DNA of 39,409 nucleotides from Priapulus caudatus (taxonomy: Eukaryota): assembly GCF_000485595.1 (NCBI RefSeq), contig NW_014577062.1, positions 577,512-616,920 on the forward strand. The letters run 5' to 3'. A program made the translations under genes and the position numbers. Below the pieces are notes generated by a model, which was not told where the DNA came from, did not search any database, and worked only from the letters and a program-made list of their open reading frames with translations. Shown here piece by piece: positions 10,801 to 24,510 of this stretch (positions are counted from its first letter, which is position 1; each line of letters opens with the position of its first letter).

Positions 10801-13800
10801 GCTTTGCGCTGACTAATATTGAGTTTCTACAGAGCATTTAGGAAGGTCTCTGTCTAGTGAATACACAGAAGAAAGTCACTGACTAATACTCATATCTCCG
10901 CAGGTGCGCGACTGGCGAAAATTGGCAGTTGATCATGCTGTCGTGTGCAAGTGGCGCCCCCTGTGACCCAGATTCAGGCCTCCCTGATGGTTCCTGCGGC
11001 TCTCAGATTTCATACTTTTATTTCTGCACATTTATATTCTTCTGTTCGTTTCTAGTAAGTTATGGATATATTTTAATTTAAAATTACCTGCACACGTTAT
11101 ATGCATTAACGTCACTACGCACGCGCATTAAAATGTATAATGTTAGGACGTAGTGTCACATTGTATTTTCAAACTTATTATCATATCAAATTAATCAGCG
11201 GAAGATTCATTATGCGCTAGGCATCGTTCAGGTGTCGTTTGCTATGCACGGAAACATATTGAATAGCTTACACGCAATTCCTTACCAGATGTTAAACCTA
11301 TTTGTGGCTGTCATCATGGATAACTTCGACTACTTGACGAGAGATTCCTCCATCTTGGGTCCACATCACCTGGACGAATACATCCGGTGCTGGGCTGAAA
11401 TCGATCCAGCTGCAAAGTTTGTGCTTTCTTACTAGATGGAAGACGTTACTCTATCGCCATGCAAAACACAGCTGATTATCTTAATGATAATAATAATAAT
11501 AAATATAGATATAATAATAATAATAGTAACAACAATTTTTATATTACTCGGAGAGAATGCACATTTTTGATGAATAAGAATTATGATAGATATAAATATA
11601 GATATAATAATAATAATAATATTAATAATAATAATAATACTAATATTGTAGCAAACGAACAATCGACGCATACAACGCATGGTTTGTAGTTAGTTGAAAC
11701 CAATACAATTCTCTCCAATCACCACGCGTATTGTTTATTAACAGCTACCTATGTGAAATTGCATTCTTACTCTACATGGAGGAATTTTTATATGTTTACA
11801 GAGGGAGAATTCACTACACAGATATGTACGAGATGTTAAGAAACATGGCGCCGCCTGTTGGGTTTGGACGAAAGTGCCCATATAAACTTGCATACAAGGT
11901 AAGCAGTGATCTGGGCTTATATCATGCCTAAACTCTTCCTGGGCCAATGCAGTTCCTAACGGTTCGTGAATTTACCCTATTTTCAATATGGTCAAATGCT
12001 TGGTGATTAAGAAGAGTGCTGGATCATTGAGGGTCATCACCTTAGTTTCAATACAGTGCTACCTTGATTATAGCAAATGATGTGACCGTCGGTTTATTAT
12101 GCAGATATTGCGAGGTATATAAGTGAATGTAGTGAGTGACTGACAGTTTAACATAGTTAAAGAGTAAAACAATGAACGAGTCACCTTTGCTCGTATTTTA
12201 TTCGCGTTCAAATGCCACCAAAATGTCTAGTTTTGCAGGTAACTAGTGAAATTAGCAACAACATTGCTTACTGATCTAGACTAAACTTGCTTATTCTCCT
12301 GTATAATTTTCTGAGCCCCCTTGTCCGGCATGATTTTTTTTTCTCTTTCTATAACACGCAGCCGCGCAATTACCGGCTTGTCGAGTTGACCCGAGATAAA
12401 CCGTTGCTGTTCAACTGTTCCGCGACTTTTCTCCAGCGTTCTATATGGGACGCTTAACGCCTCGCTGTTTCTCACTGCAGAGGTTGATCAGGATGAACAT
12501 GCCCATTGCCGAGGATAACACGGTGCAGTTTACAACCACACTTTTCGCTCTCATCCGCGAATCTCTTGGCATCAAGATGCGCAACGGTGAGCGGCCCTCG
12601 AAGTGCTTAAGTGCTCTTAGCCTCCTCGCGTCCAATGTGAATAACACGTGTGCGTGCATGCGTGAGTACTTGTGAGTGCCTGTGCGTGCACCTATCTGCG
12701 CACATATGCACCTTACCACACCATGACTTGTGAAAACCTGCGAGTAGTGTGATTGAGGTAATTAGTAATAACCGAATAATGATGAGTGCATGACTATGTT
12801 TCTTGTACATGGTAACGAATACAACGGAAAATACAATTGCATATAATACAACAGCAATAAAATAATAAAAATAAATAATAAATAAAATAGTAAATAGTGA
12901 CGATCTTGCTTGTCCTTTCTAGCGGACGAGATGGACCAAGCAGACGAAGAGCTAAGACAAGTGATTAGATTAATGTGGGCGTATCAGTGCAAGAAGAGCA
13001 ACCTGGTGGGCAAACTCGTGCCAAACAACGCTGGTAATGTCACCCCTCTAAAATGCATTGTGAACATATTCCACGATACGGTCTATACAATATACTATAT
13101 ATATATAATACTATATACTATACTGTCTATATAATATATATATATATTATTATATATAGGTTCTTAATATATATATTACTATATATTATGTGTGGTGTGT
13201 GTGATGCTGTGCAGTGGGCAGGGTGCTGTGCGTCGCGTGCGTGTGTGTGCATGTGTGGTGCGTGTGCGGGCGTCTGTGGTGTGTGTGCGCGCGCGTGTTG
13301 TGTGTTGTGTGTGTCGTGGCTGCGTGTGCGTGCGTGCGATGTAATTGTGCGTACGTACGCGCGTCGTTGCGCTGCATTGTGTGCGTGCGTGCTTGCGTGT
13401 GGGTTGCGCGTGAGTTGGTGGGGCTGTGTGTATTTTATGCGTTCGGTGTGTGTTTGGGCGTCTCGTGTTGCGCATGTGTGTGTCATGCGTGTGTATTGTG
13501 TGTTATGCTGTGCGTTGTGTGTGTGCTTGCGGCGTGTGTTGCCGATGCGTGTGTGGTGGTGGAGTTGCTGTGTTATGTGTTGCGCCGTGTGTGTGTCGTG
13601 CGCGATGTGTGCTCGGCATACCGTGTGTGTGCGCGCGTGTGTGCGTATGTGTGTTATGTGCGTGCCGTGCATGTGTGTGTGTGTGTGAGTGTGTGGTTTG
13701 TGTGCGTTGTGCGCGCGCTTGTGTGTGTCTGTTGGTGTGTGCGCGCTGCGGTGTGTGTGTGCGTGCGTGTGTGTGTCGTGCTCGGTGGCACGCCATGTGG

Positions 13801-16800
13801 TGTGTGTGTGTGTGTTTGTGGTGTGTGTGGTGTGGTGTGGTTGGGCGTGTGTTGTGTGTGGTCCGGCTGTGCAGCGTGTGCGGTGCGTGTGTGTGCTGTG
13901 TGTGTGTCTTGTGTGTGTGTGTGTGTGAGTTGTGTGTTGTGTGTGTGTGCTGGTGTGTGTGTGTGAGTGAATGTGTGTTGATGTGATGAATAGATGATAG
14001 AGAAAGACTGAGATGATTAAGATGATAAGTGAAATGTGAGTGTGTGTGGTGTGCTGTGTGTTTAAAGGTGTGTGGCCTGTGTGTGGGTCAGTGTGGTGTG
14101 TGCGCGCGGCTCGCTCGCGCGGGGCGCTCCGTTACATGCGAGCGTACTTGTGACGGCCTTTTGCTTAAGATCCCTTAATTATTATGTGAGATATTGTCAC
14201 AAGTGTGATGGCTGCATGTGGTTTGCAGAGCTTGGAGAGGGTCAGCTGTCGGTGGGTAAAGTGTATGCAGGTCTGGTCATCCTTGAGAACTGGAGAGCTT
14301 ATAAGGCGGCCATGGGAGCAGTGCAGGTGAGGCTCATGAAAACATTAGTGTATAGTGTCACCGCTACTTCTGCAGAGCATTGCAGTTATAATATGCCGTC
14401 ACTCTAATGACAAACACAGACGCCATCTTGACACACTGGTTTCTTCGTTCATAAATTGAATTCAATCGTTGTCTGTAAAGTTTTTATTTTTATTGTTTCC
14501 ACACTTAAATATTTTGTTTGGTGCTTTAATCGGCCATTTTTTGTCAATATTTAACATAAGTATATCGGTTTTGAGTAGTTTTTGCCAATTATGTTTACTT
14601 AGACCCCTGTGATTCTCCTACAAAACATTATTTGTTGTGTGATGACTTAATAGCGTATGATATTACCTATAATGCCCGTGGTGACCCGAATCGTCTTATA
14701 TATTTGCATAAATAATATTCCTACAACAATATAAACAATATTGACAGACACCTTCCTAGACTGAGTATTTCTAGACGCCTGTGTTTGGCATCAACTGCGT
14801 TGATCATTTTTGTGCATTGTTGTGTTTCATGTGAGATGGTGTTTCAGCAAAGGTAATTTATTATCAACCAGTCTTTGCTAAGGCAGCTAACTTTTACTAA
14901 ATATACTAAAACAACAGAGTTAACAGTAATTTTTATCCATTGTGTACCCACAGGAAAGCCCACATGAGGTCAGTACACGTGTGAGAGCATTCGGTTCGCC
15001 TTTCCTGTATATATCTATATATACTACACACACGCATATATACACATACGCACCGTTGCCGGTGAACCACTGCACTGTCCTGTCACTGTGTCGTGTCATT
15101 CACATGGAGCAGCATCATACAAACTCGCTCATGTATCTCCCGAGGCTGACGCTTAGCTTATCGTCGCCGCCGCGAGTCCAATTCGTGCAACGCACCCTGG
15201 TGCGAGAGCAGAGCTATGATGTATAATGCTGCAACAGATCGTGGATATTGCACTGTCTTCGTAGCACTCGTACTGGTTCGATATTCCGATAATTCCCTCC
15301 TATGATGTTGTCGTTTTCGTTTGTTTTTTGAGGGACGACTATGGATATATTCTTGCAAGTTCCCTGTCTGTTACACTGCGCAATGTCCTGACATTGCGCT
15401 GCGCAACTTAAGACAGGTTTCCTATACCGCACCGTGCAATCCTTCATCCGCACAATTTTAGCCAGTTTTTTTATTCTGCGTTCAGAAAGTTATGTTCTCT
15501 AACGACACCCTTAGTCTATTTGCTTGTTTTCGCCAACACATGGCTACGTGCATTTTGATTTATACAGAGTGTTATAAAATCTTGGTTCTGGAAACAATCA
15601 ATTGTTGGCAAAATTATCGTTTCAATTGTAATTGTGTTTCTGTAGCATGAAACCTTTGATTACTTTTTGACTGCTGCATTTAGCCCCCAGCTTAAATTGT
15701 TGACCTGAAATGGTAAACAATATACAAAGAAATTGCATAATAATTCCAGAACCAATTTATTACTAAATATTGCACGTTTTATGTGATTCAAAAATACAAC
15801 ACAGTAACCTCCAATGCATGCATCCTTAATACGATAGAAGGATAACAAATTGTGTTGCATTTTGTATTAAAAGTAGATACCTCTTCCAGTATGTAAAACA
15901 CCTACTTGCTCTATATTTTCAATTTGGTTAAGGTTGGCTGGTTTAGGTACCTTGAAAGACAGGTTTTATCAATATTTAGTTTTAAAAAGCAATATCGCTG
16001 AATGATTCCTGGGTGACGCTCCTCTTCTTTCCTTTAAAATCTAAAACTTGTATATAATTATATAGTTTAGGTTTATAGATATTATCAATAGCATATATAT
16101 ATATATATATGCCATCACAGATAATAATTCGTTGGAACAAAATAGTAGTGATCTGACAATGTACTTACTATCCACGTACGTACCTTGATTATACGATTGA
16201 CGATTTCCTAGATGACTTCGTATATTTTCAAGCAACCCCACGCCCCTCACCCGCGTGTAAATACAAATAGTGCTGCCAATTTAATAAACGCACCTTGTGG
16301 CGGTTTTTGCCAATGCAATACCATGGACGACGTATTCACGGGAATATATATAAATGCCTAAATAGCCCATTTTGTTGCGTAAACGATAGAATAATAGAAA
16401 CTCTATTTGAAGTAAACAAATTGCAAAGTAACAAAGCTATCTGGCAAAATATTCCTATCCACCAGCCTTAACGAGAATTTCGCATGTTTTTTTACTACAC
16501 TTCTTGGCGAATCGAGTGTATTTGTCGCGACGAGGGTGATATTACCCGACCCAGTCGAATTGAGTGTGGTACCTGAATGTGGTATATATGGTGTATACCT
16601 ACTACACGTATTTAGGTGCTCGTATCTGTTTTACTAATCGTTACGTCCCATTCAATACGCCATTGTAACACGTGACGATGTGACACGATCAAGATGTCGC
16701 CGTGCTGTGATGTAGCTTTACGTGCGCACCTTGTGCGCCTTTTGCATGCTATTCCACCGGGCATGACTCACACTTGCACGAACGTTAATTTGTGCAGTGC

Positions 16801-19800
16801 TATACTAGAACCATCATGGAGGCACTACGTGATTGAAGCTAGTGCCTCCATGTAGAAATGCTGGTAGCTAATAGCAAAAGGGTCTGTCTGGTTCGATGCG
16901 TGTTTGTTATAGGCAGCATCTAGCCTAAGCAGGAGAACCTTATCGTGTTGTGATGGCATCATCCACCTATGATGTCATCACACGTCATTCAATGACGTCA
17001 TTGTTTTTACATCCTATTAGATCGAGAACTATTGGACTGCAATGATAATAATTGGGAAAGATTTAAGCACAGGCTTTATAGCCGCTGACAACTAATTTCT
17101 GCTGGATGAATAAGGGAATGTCTTTTATTAATTTTTTGAGGAGGATTTCTGATATTGCTCTTGCGGTATGATAAATTCGTGTTTATTTCTGTATTGCGTA
17201 ATGTACATTGCTCTCAACAGTTGATCTGTTTCTTGTGAAAGTTTTTCCAGTATATAAAATATGGAAGATAGTTGGAAAACGTGGCTTGCCTTTATTGCTA
17301 CTTATTTATATATCAACGCTACTAACCTGATAAATAGAGTAAATCAAATATATGTGGATTTTTTACTATTGAATAATAATCGTGCAAAAAATAACGCACA
17401 TGTCTATTGTAAACACGTTATATATTTTCACGTTGCTTCCATATTTTATTGTTTGTACCCAGTACTAACGCAGCTGTTGGAGATATTGTGTTGAAATTCG
17501 TTTTCTTCTATTATACTTGATAACTGAAGCCAATACTACTAGCGCATGTATTCGCCGTAACTATACTTTCAAATGAGCATCCTTTCTATGTACTATCAGC
17601 CGTACCCAAGCCCTGTTTTGCTTCAAACTATAACATGTGATTTTTTGCCTGCAAGATCACTACTTATTGGATGAGGCTTGGATAGGGGGTCGATTCTGGT
17701 ACTAACTTACCCTGCGCAACAGTGCTCATCTTTTTGACAGGAATGTCCGGTCATTAAGTAATGCTGCGCAGCGTAGGCTGGTAGTCCTTTAGAAAGTGGC
17801 TGTCTGGATTTTACTGATCTAACGATATGATTTATTTTGCATTTCTCGTCTGTAGGAAAAAACTCCAGAGGTCAGTAACGAGATCCTGTTGAGTTTTATC
17901 CTGTTCGTTTTGTGCACGTTGCGCCATGACGCGAGAGTCAGGCATCACGTGGCGTTATTATCGGTGTTTATTTCGCTTCATTATCTAAATAATGTGTTCG
18001 TGTGCATGATCGCATCACCACCGTTACGAATGCTGCAGTAATTAGTGTATAGCCCCTGTTTCGGAACAAACCAAAGGTTACGCCGCCGTAGCGTCGGGTA
18101 ACTTGTAACCAACTCGACGACTGCGTGGCGTTTTAGCAAAACGTTATCTGTTTACAGTGTTTTATTACAGCGATAGAATGCGTAGTTGTAAACACGGTGA
18201 TCGTTGCCGTTGTGCTTCACTAGTCGTTTTTGCACATAAATTGCAAGATAGTAGATAGTCTTCATTTGCGGTGTTTTGCCTTGCACCTGTATAAATTGTG
18301 GCGAACGATGGCCAGCTTTAGTAAGAGACGTTGATAAAAGAACAAGAGTGCTGGCGGGGAAATTGGTTCTATAGAAATATATACATATCATTTGTTAAAG
18401 CGCATTTATTCCATTTCGTTGTTTTTTTGCTAATAATAATTGGTGCAACCGCAGGACCTCGGCACTTATATTGATCACACAAGTGTAGGCGCATGCTGCT
18501 ATTATATTGTCTAGCGAGGTCACTTCACTGGTGACCCGTGACCCTGTTTGGCTAAACGACACGTTGTTTATTCGCAACTTCGAACTGCAGGATAGATTCA
18601 GTAGAGCATCGTGCTGTTTTTTTTGTTACGAGCTCCCGCCTAGTATTTGGATCGTTATCTCTCATTTTTATTCATAACCTTTGGCATAATAACTTTTATT
18701 AATAATATTGAGCATCTTGTATACTAGATAGCTTTGCTGTATAGGAAATAGTGGTTTGCTGCCAATCCTTCCATATATGATTAGGCATCGAACAAGCTGT
18801 AGTTAACGCTCATTGATTATGAGATTACGTTGTCTAAGAGGCTGCATGCTATTCGCTTGTGTGATTACCGTTTCCATGGTGATATGTAGAGGTGCTTTTA
18901 TATAACAAGAAATAATACACGTTTATTACAGACAAAACGATTTAAATTGTTATTGCCACTCATTCGGGTGTTTTTGTACAATAAGAAAACGGTGCCATAC
19001 ATTATAATGCCTACCCTTGTTGAGAAGCGAGAAGTAAAAATTGTATTGTTGTAATGGTCCGAGGTGATAACAATTTTCAAAATACTCTTCCACAGCAAAC
19101 CATTCAGTAACGCTTTCACTATAGTCTATTTTAGAAGGGGACCGGGTTTTGCCAACATAAATGTTCTAACATTTGCATGCGTGTTCTGTTATTGTGTACT
19201 GTAGTGTACTGTACACGTCTGCACCACTGATATATTGGTTACTAGTCTGTCGTTTATACCAAGCCTCCTCAATTGTTTGCAGCGTCCACCATCTTTCTTT
19301 AAGCGCATATTGCGCGGAACCGTCCGGACGCCATCGCACCGCTCCAATGCCAGCGAGTCAGATGAGGAGCATGGGGGCCACCGCTCGCGCTCTCACTCTC
19401 TGAAGGACGGCTCCAACCTCAGGTGGCTCGACATGTCCGCATAACATCGTCATCATAGCAGCCATATTTTCTCGCCACGCGGAAGCGCTTCCGCGAAATG
19501 TTCTGTTAAAAATAAAGCCCGATTGCCTGGCGAAGCTGATGTTTACTTTTAAAAATACACTGATTATGTTTGCCGGAAATAAATTCTGTGATTATGATAA
19601 GCTTGTCTGGCCACGAGGATAACTAAAAATTCGCGGCGTTCATCGAATTATCACGTAAAAAGGGTGATTCGCGAGTTTACTGCATATATGCATTTCATCA
19701 ACTATATACCATAAATATGTATCAGTACAAAAGGATTCTAATCGTGTGCTGCTTACATGTGTGTGCGCTTTCGCGCGTGCGTGCGTGCGTGTGTGTGTTT

Positions 19801-20823
19801 GGAGGGATATGTGTGCACGTACATGCGTGTGCCTGATCAATCTGCTAATTTATCTGTATATGAAGAGCTTATTTGCAAATATGCTTACATCCATTTTTCT
19901 TACATCCTGCTTAACGGACCCAACATAAATCACCTTTAGTTGCAAAACAGCTTGCATCCATGCTTTGACCAATGGAATGCAAGGAACTGTAAAAATAATT
20001 TAAATTGATAAACCACATGTATCAAATAATTGTTTTTGTCGTTTTCTTCTAATTCTCCAAAATGGACGTAAGCAGTTTTGCAAATAAACTTCATATATAT
20101 CTCTGTGCGCCCTATGTGACGGTGCATGTTTTTCCGCGCAGCATTGATAAGCAGGAGAACGGTCAGCCGTGGAAGCGCTCGTTCAGCTTCCTCCGCCGCG
20201 TCAGCACGCGAAAGAGACATCGTAAGGACAACTCACCGCACAACCCCGAGGAACACTATGGACAGGTAGGCGCGTGCCCATATCACGGTCCCGTGGTCAG
20301 CGGCCGTCAGCGACAGGTATAACGTCTTGCGTGATGCTGAATCGCTCGTCCGGCAACAGCAGAACGGTGTAAATATCGAGCGTAATTTTGCGTACGTGAG
20401 ATGACACATCACTCACGAGTGCGACGAATGAAAACATTGCCGTAATATTGCCCGTATCATCTCATGCGTGCAACACCCGCAGCTATATTTGTGATTAAAA
20501 ACGTCTATGAGCCGACTATAGTTTAGTTTTCAATAGAATAAGCTTCATAATCTGTTTCTAATAAACTAATAATTAAAATCAATCTTATGTTAGTTATCGT
20601 CGTTATTGTATTAAGGCTAAAAATTATGCAAGTACCATAGACGCTCATTTGATAGTGGTTAGTTTTAGTCATCTTTATTATCTAGTACTTTTAGTGTGCG
20701 TTATCCTGGGTGATGCACCATTCGTATACGTAGATAGCAGTAAAATAACTGATGTTTGGATAAGGCTAGACACGAAATACATGAATCTGAACGATGTTCG
20801 ATAGTATGCCGTGTTATCAGAAC

Positions 20824-20876
<53 letters not shown>

Positions 20877-23498
20877 GTGTGTGTGTGTGCATATATGCAT
20901 ACATATATCATGGGAACCCTAAAATGGAGCGTTAGCCGATATCTTGGCAAATTTACTCGTATAACAGAGCGACATATACGAGTGAAATTTACCGATGTTG
21001 AAAGCTTATTTGCCAGCGATTAGAAACTAATATAGTGTTACTAGATGGTAGTGAGAATTTTGTTGTCAAGCACCTGTGATGGAACGACCTCTTCCCTCAG
21101 AACAATGGCCGACAGTCAGTGCTCGCAATTACACGGCAACTGACGTCGCTATGTTTCAGAGACGGGACTGTGGGATGCATGCACGATATGAACACATACA
21201 TATTTTATGTACATCAAGAGCACACCGACCCTCTTATAGGATTCATGTATATTCTCGATATATATGCAGAGAAACGCAATCACACGCGAGCAAACGTATG
21301 ATCATCGTGTACGCAGTGTGGCAGCACTGTCACTACGCGGACGCTTGCCCATCACAGTCGTACTGACCTACGATGTGCGAAGGGCTCCTCACTCACACCA
21401 GAGCCTACGAATCACTGATTTATATGCTCCTCACTCACACCAGAGCCTACGAATCACTGATTTATATGCTCCTCACTCACACTCACCGCCTGTTTCTGTG
21501 TGTGGCCACTAGGGGATTGAGCTGCGCGACGTGCACAAGACGGGCGACAGCTTGACGATAGGCTCGGCGCTGCTGTCTGCTGCTCACGAGTTGCGCGCCA
21601 CCTCTATGCCAAAACTCAACTCGACAACTGTCGATTCGTCCGTAAGTTCTCACACGCGCGTAATTCTCAAGTGGCGTTAACGTGGCGAATAGTGAGCGCG
21701 CGCTACTCGAGCAAGACGCGCTGCGTCTCTAAAACGATCTTTAACTTCGGGCGTATTATGTGCGCGATTCAGGCAGTGAAGGTTAGTATAGAGGGTACCA
21801 ACATGGCTAGTTAATTTACCTTCATCGCCCCTATACCCCAATCTCCACTCACTAGCAGACACACGCGCGCGCGCACGCACTCATGTGCACACACACGCAG
21901 ACGCACACACGTGCGCGCCTGCACGCTCACACGTGCACGCGCGCACACAGAGGAGGTGACACACATACACACACACAGAAATACACACATGCACGCGCCT
22001 CCGCACCTGCGCTTTCCTTTGAGGCTCAGATAGTGAACTCGTCGGGATAAGGAGGGTTAGAGTAGTGTGCTGTCCTTCCGAATAGATTTCAGTGAATTCG
22101 CAAGACCGATGAATCAACATCGATTACCTGTTCGGGAGTCCACGAGAACGTCACCTCACATCACAGGCACTTGCAACCACTTCCAAATAGTTTTGATATC
22201 GCACGATCTATAGCAGGCTATGCCTATCTAGTGTGTAAAGTAGCTAGATGCCGCAAACAGTGATGTTAGAGCAGAAGGAGCTTGGCCTGTTAGCATTCAG
22301 CGGATATATATATCGAACGCATGCGGCAGTGGCACGCAGCTCGTGTCGTGTTCTGTCATCGTACGTCGCACGATGTGAACACCGACTTGTCTATTGTTTC
22401 AGGACGATCATGACTATGCGGGTGGCCTTAGGCCTCCCGGCCACCAGACGGTGCAGCGCTCGCACAGCGACACGACGCCCGAGCCTCGCAAGATGAGCCC
22501 CCCGTTGTCGCCACTGCCTCACAGGGCGACGTCACCTTCGCCCACCCGCTCGCAGTCTCCATCCGTCAGAGGTACAGGTAGGGCTTCATTATGCGCATTG
22601 ATGGCAATGGCAGAAGTACCGTAATCGGCCGAACCTGTATGTTGAAGTTGTTTATCTGCGTCCCGTTATCTGAAGCATCATAAAAATACCTATGACGATA
22701 TTAAGTATAAAATTTCATAGCTTTTGCAAGACACTTCAGTTCGAAAGTCGTGACATTTATGATAGTTGTGACTAGTTATTATGTTTCTAACAACGGACCC
22801 TCTAGTTACCTTTAGAATGGTTAGATAATATACTAAAATGTGTAAAGTTTACGCTGGACCGTGATACCTTCGAATTATATACCTGTACTGGGCTGTTTCT
22901 CTTTAGGCGGAGCGACAGATAATGTTTTAATCTGTAACGCATCTTTATTAAACTATTGGCGCGATAAAAGCAAACGAGGCTCATATGACGGAGCTTCAAG
23001 CTAAGGATGAGTCAGCGGTCTCCATCGATAATATTTAAAAGTTTTAATTATGCCAGTCTAATATATCAGGGACTGGCATAATATCATGTACTGGATAATA
23101 ATTTTATCACTACTTATGTGGACAGTTTTGAATCAGTTATTGCGTGAGATAAGTGCAAAACTATAGGCTGTAAGCGAATATTTTCGCGACCGGTAAGTTT
23201 ACTTGGAATGTATGCAGACATAGGCCTCTTTTTATCTTACACTGTCTTATACATCTCGGAAGTATGTATCGAAACGGCACTAGAACCCCCTCCCCCCAAC
23301 CCACCCATCCACAAATATAGCCATCCCGTCTCATATATGATAACCTGCTGGCACAGTGACGAACATAGCATCCGCATGGGGATGACCAAACTCCACGAGA
23401 GATAGGTGGCGCTTTCGCTTTGGCTCAATTTACTAAGTTATACGAAGGGGGCGCTGCATGCAGTTTGGGGAATGGCACACGTCTTCATCACGTGTGTG

Positions 23499-23537
<39 letters not shown>

Positions 23538-23562
23538 TTGTGTGCGTGGGTGCGCGCGTGTG

Positions 23563-23593
<31 letters not shown>

Positions 23594-24470
23594 ATGCGTG
23601 TGGGTGTGTGTGTGTGTGTGTGTGTCTGTATGTGCGTCTGTGTGTGGACGTTCGTGTGTATGTGTGTGTGTGTGTGTGTGCGTGTGTGCGTGCGTGCGTG
23701 CGTGCGTGTGTGTGTGTGAGTGCGTGCGTGCGTGCGTGTGTGTGTAGATATGACGCGTACGTATATTATGTGTGTACGTTACAGGCGGCTGGAGAAATCG
23801 CAGCATGTCACGGTCGCCGTCACCCCGCCGAGCCGACATGTTCTCCAAGGCCGTGCTAGGTCTGTGCGACACCGCACGAGACATGGCGGCTGAAGAGCGC
23901 ATGCACAAGTTCAGAGGTAAATATATAAACTAGCGGGCGCGCTAGCTTCCAATCGGTCGTCATCCGTGCACACCGCTAGTGTATAATGTCGTGCATATAA
24001 GAGACTCCTATATACCCTTGATTATATCAATAACACATTGGCCCCACAATCTTTTTACGATGATCTATGATTCTTCCGAATTTAAGTATTTAACTGAAAA
24101 TGGTAGTTAGAGAATTGATAGTTGGAGGCAAAAGTTTGCGCACCATTCCCGTATAGTCGGGTTTTACACCAAAGCTCCAATGTTACACGGCATTGAACCA
24201 TATTTTCGCGCGTAACAAACGTGGAAGGAACATGAAAACACTAGCAAATGCGCCTGACAATAAACCGCTAACACATATAAACTCGCTCACACACGCACGC
24301 ATACACGCACGCACGCACACGTGCGAGCGCCCGCACACACATGCGCACACATACACCCGTGTACACATACGCGCGTGCGCGTACGCACTCACATATACAG
24401 ACACAGAGAGAAAGATTGATGTAGACAGAGACACGGAAGGAGTGAAAGAAAGAGAGAGAGAGAGATGGTG

Positions 24471-24510
<40 letters not shown>

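Noticed and set aside
12231..12245. TTTTGCAG|GTAACT possible recursive splice point
   Set aside because: The intron is under 600 nt, whereas recursive sites are typical of very long introns. Likely chance.
13053..13986. Many 100-250 aa Cys/Val- or His/Thr-rich ORFs (also at 7770-8028, 23406-23908, 24183-24644 and 34055-34464)
   Set aside because: These are translations of GT/CA microsatellites inside introns or repeats, not genes.
14848..14852. Possible 5-nt microexon (tttcag|CAAAG|gtaatt)
   Set aside because: Frameshifting, has an upstream AG and no supporting paralogy, so it cannot be distinguished from chance.
856..20130. Many TGCATG (RBFOX) hexamers in the introns
   Set aside because: The word is common throughout this TGC/ATG-rich sequence, and enrichment cannot be claimed without a background count.
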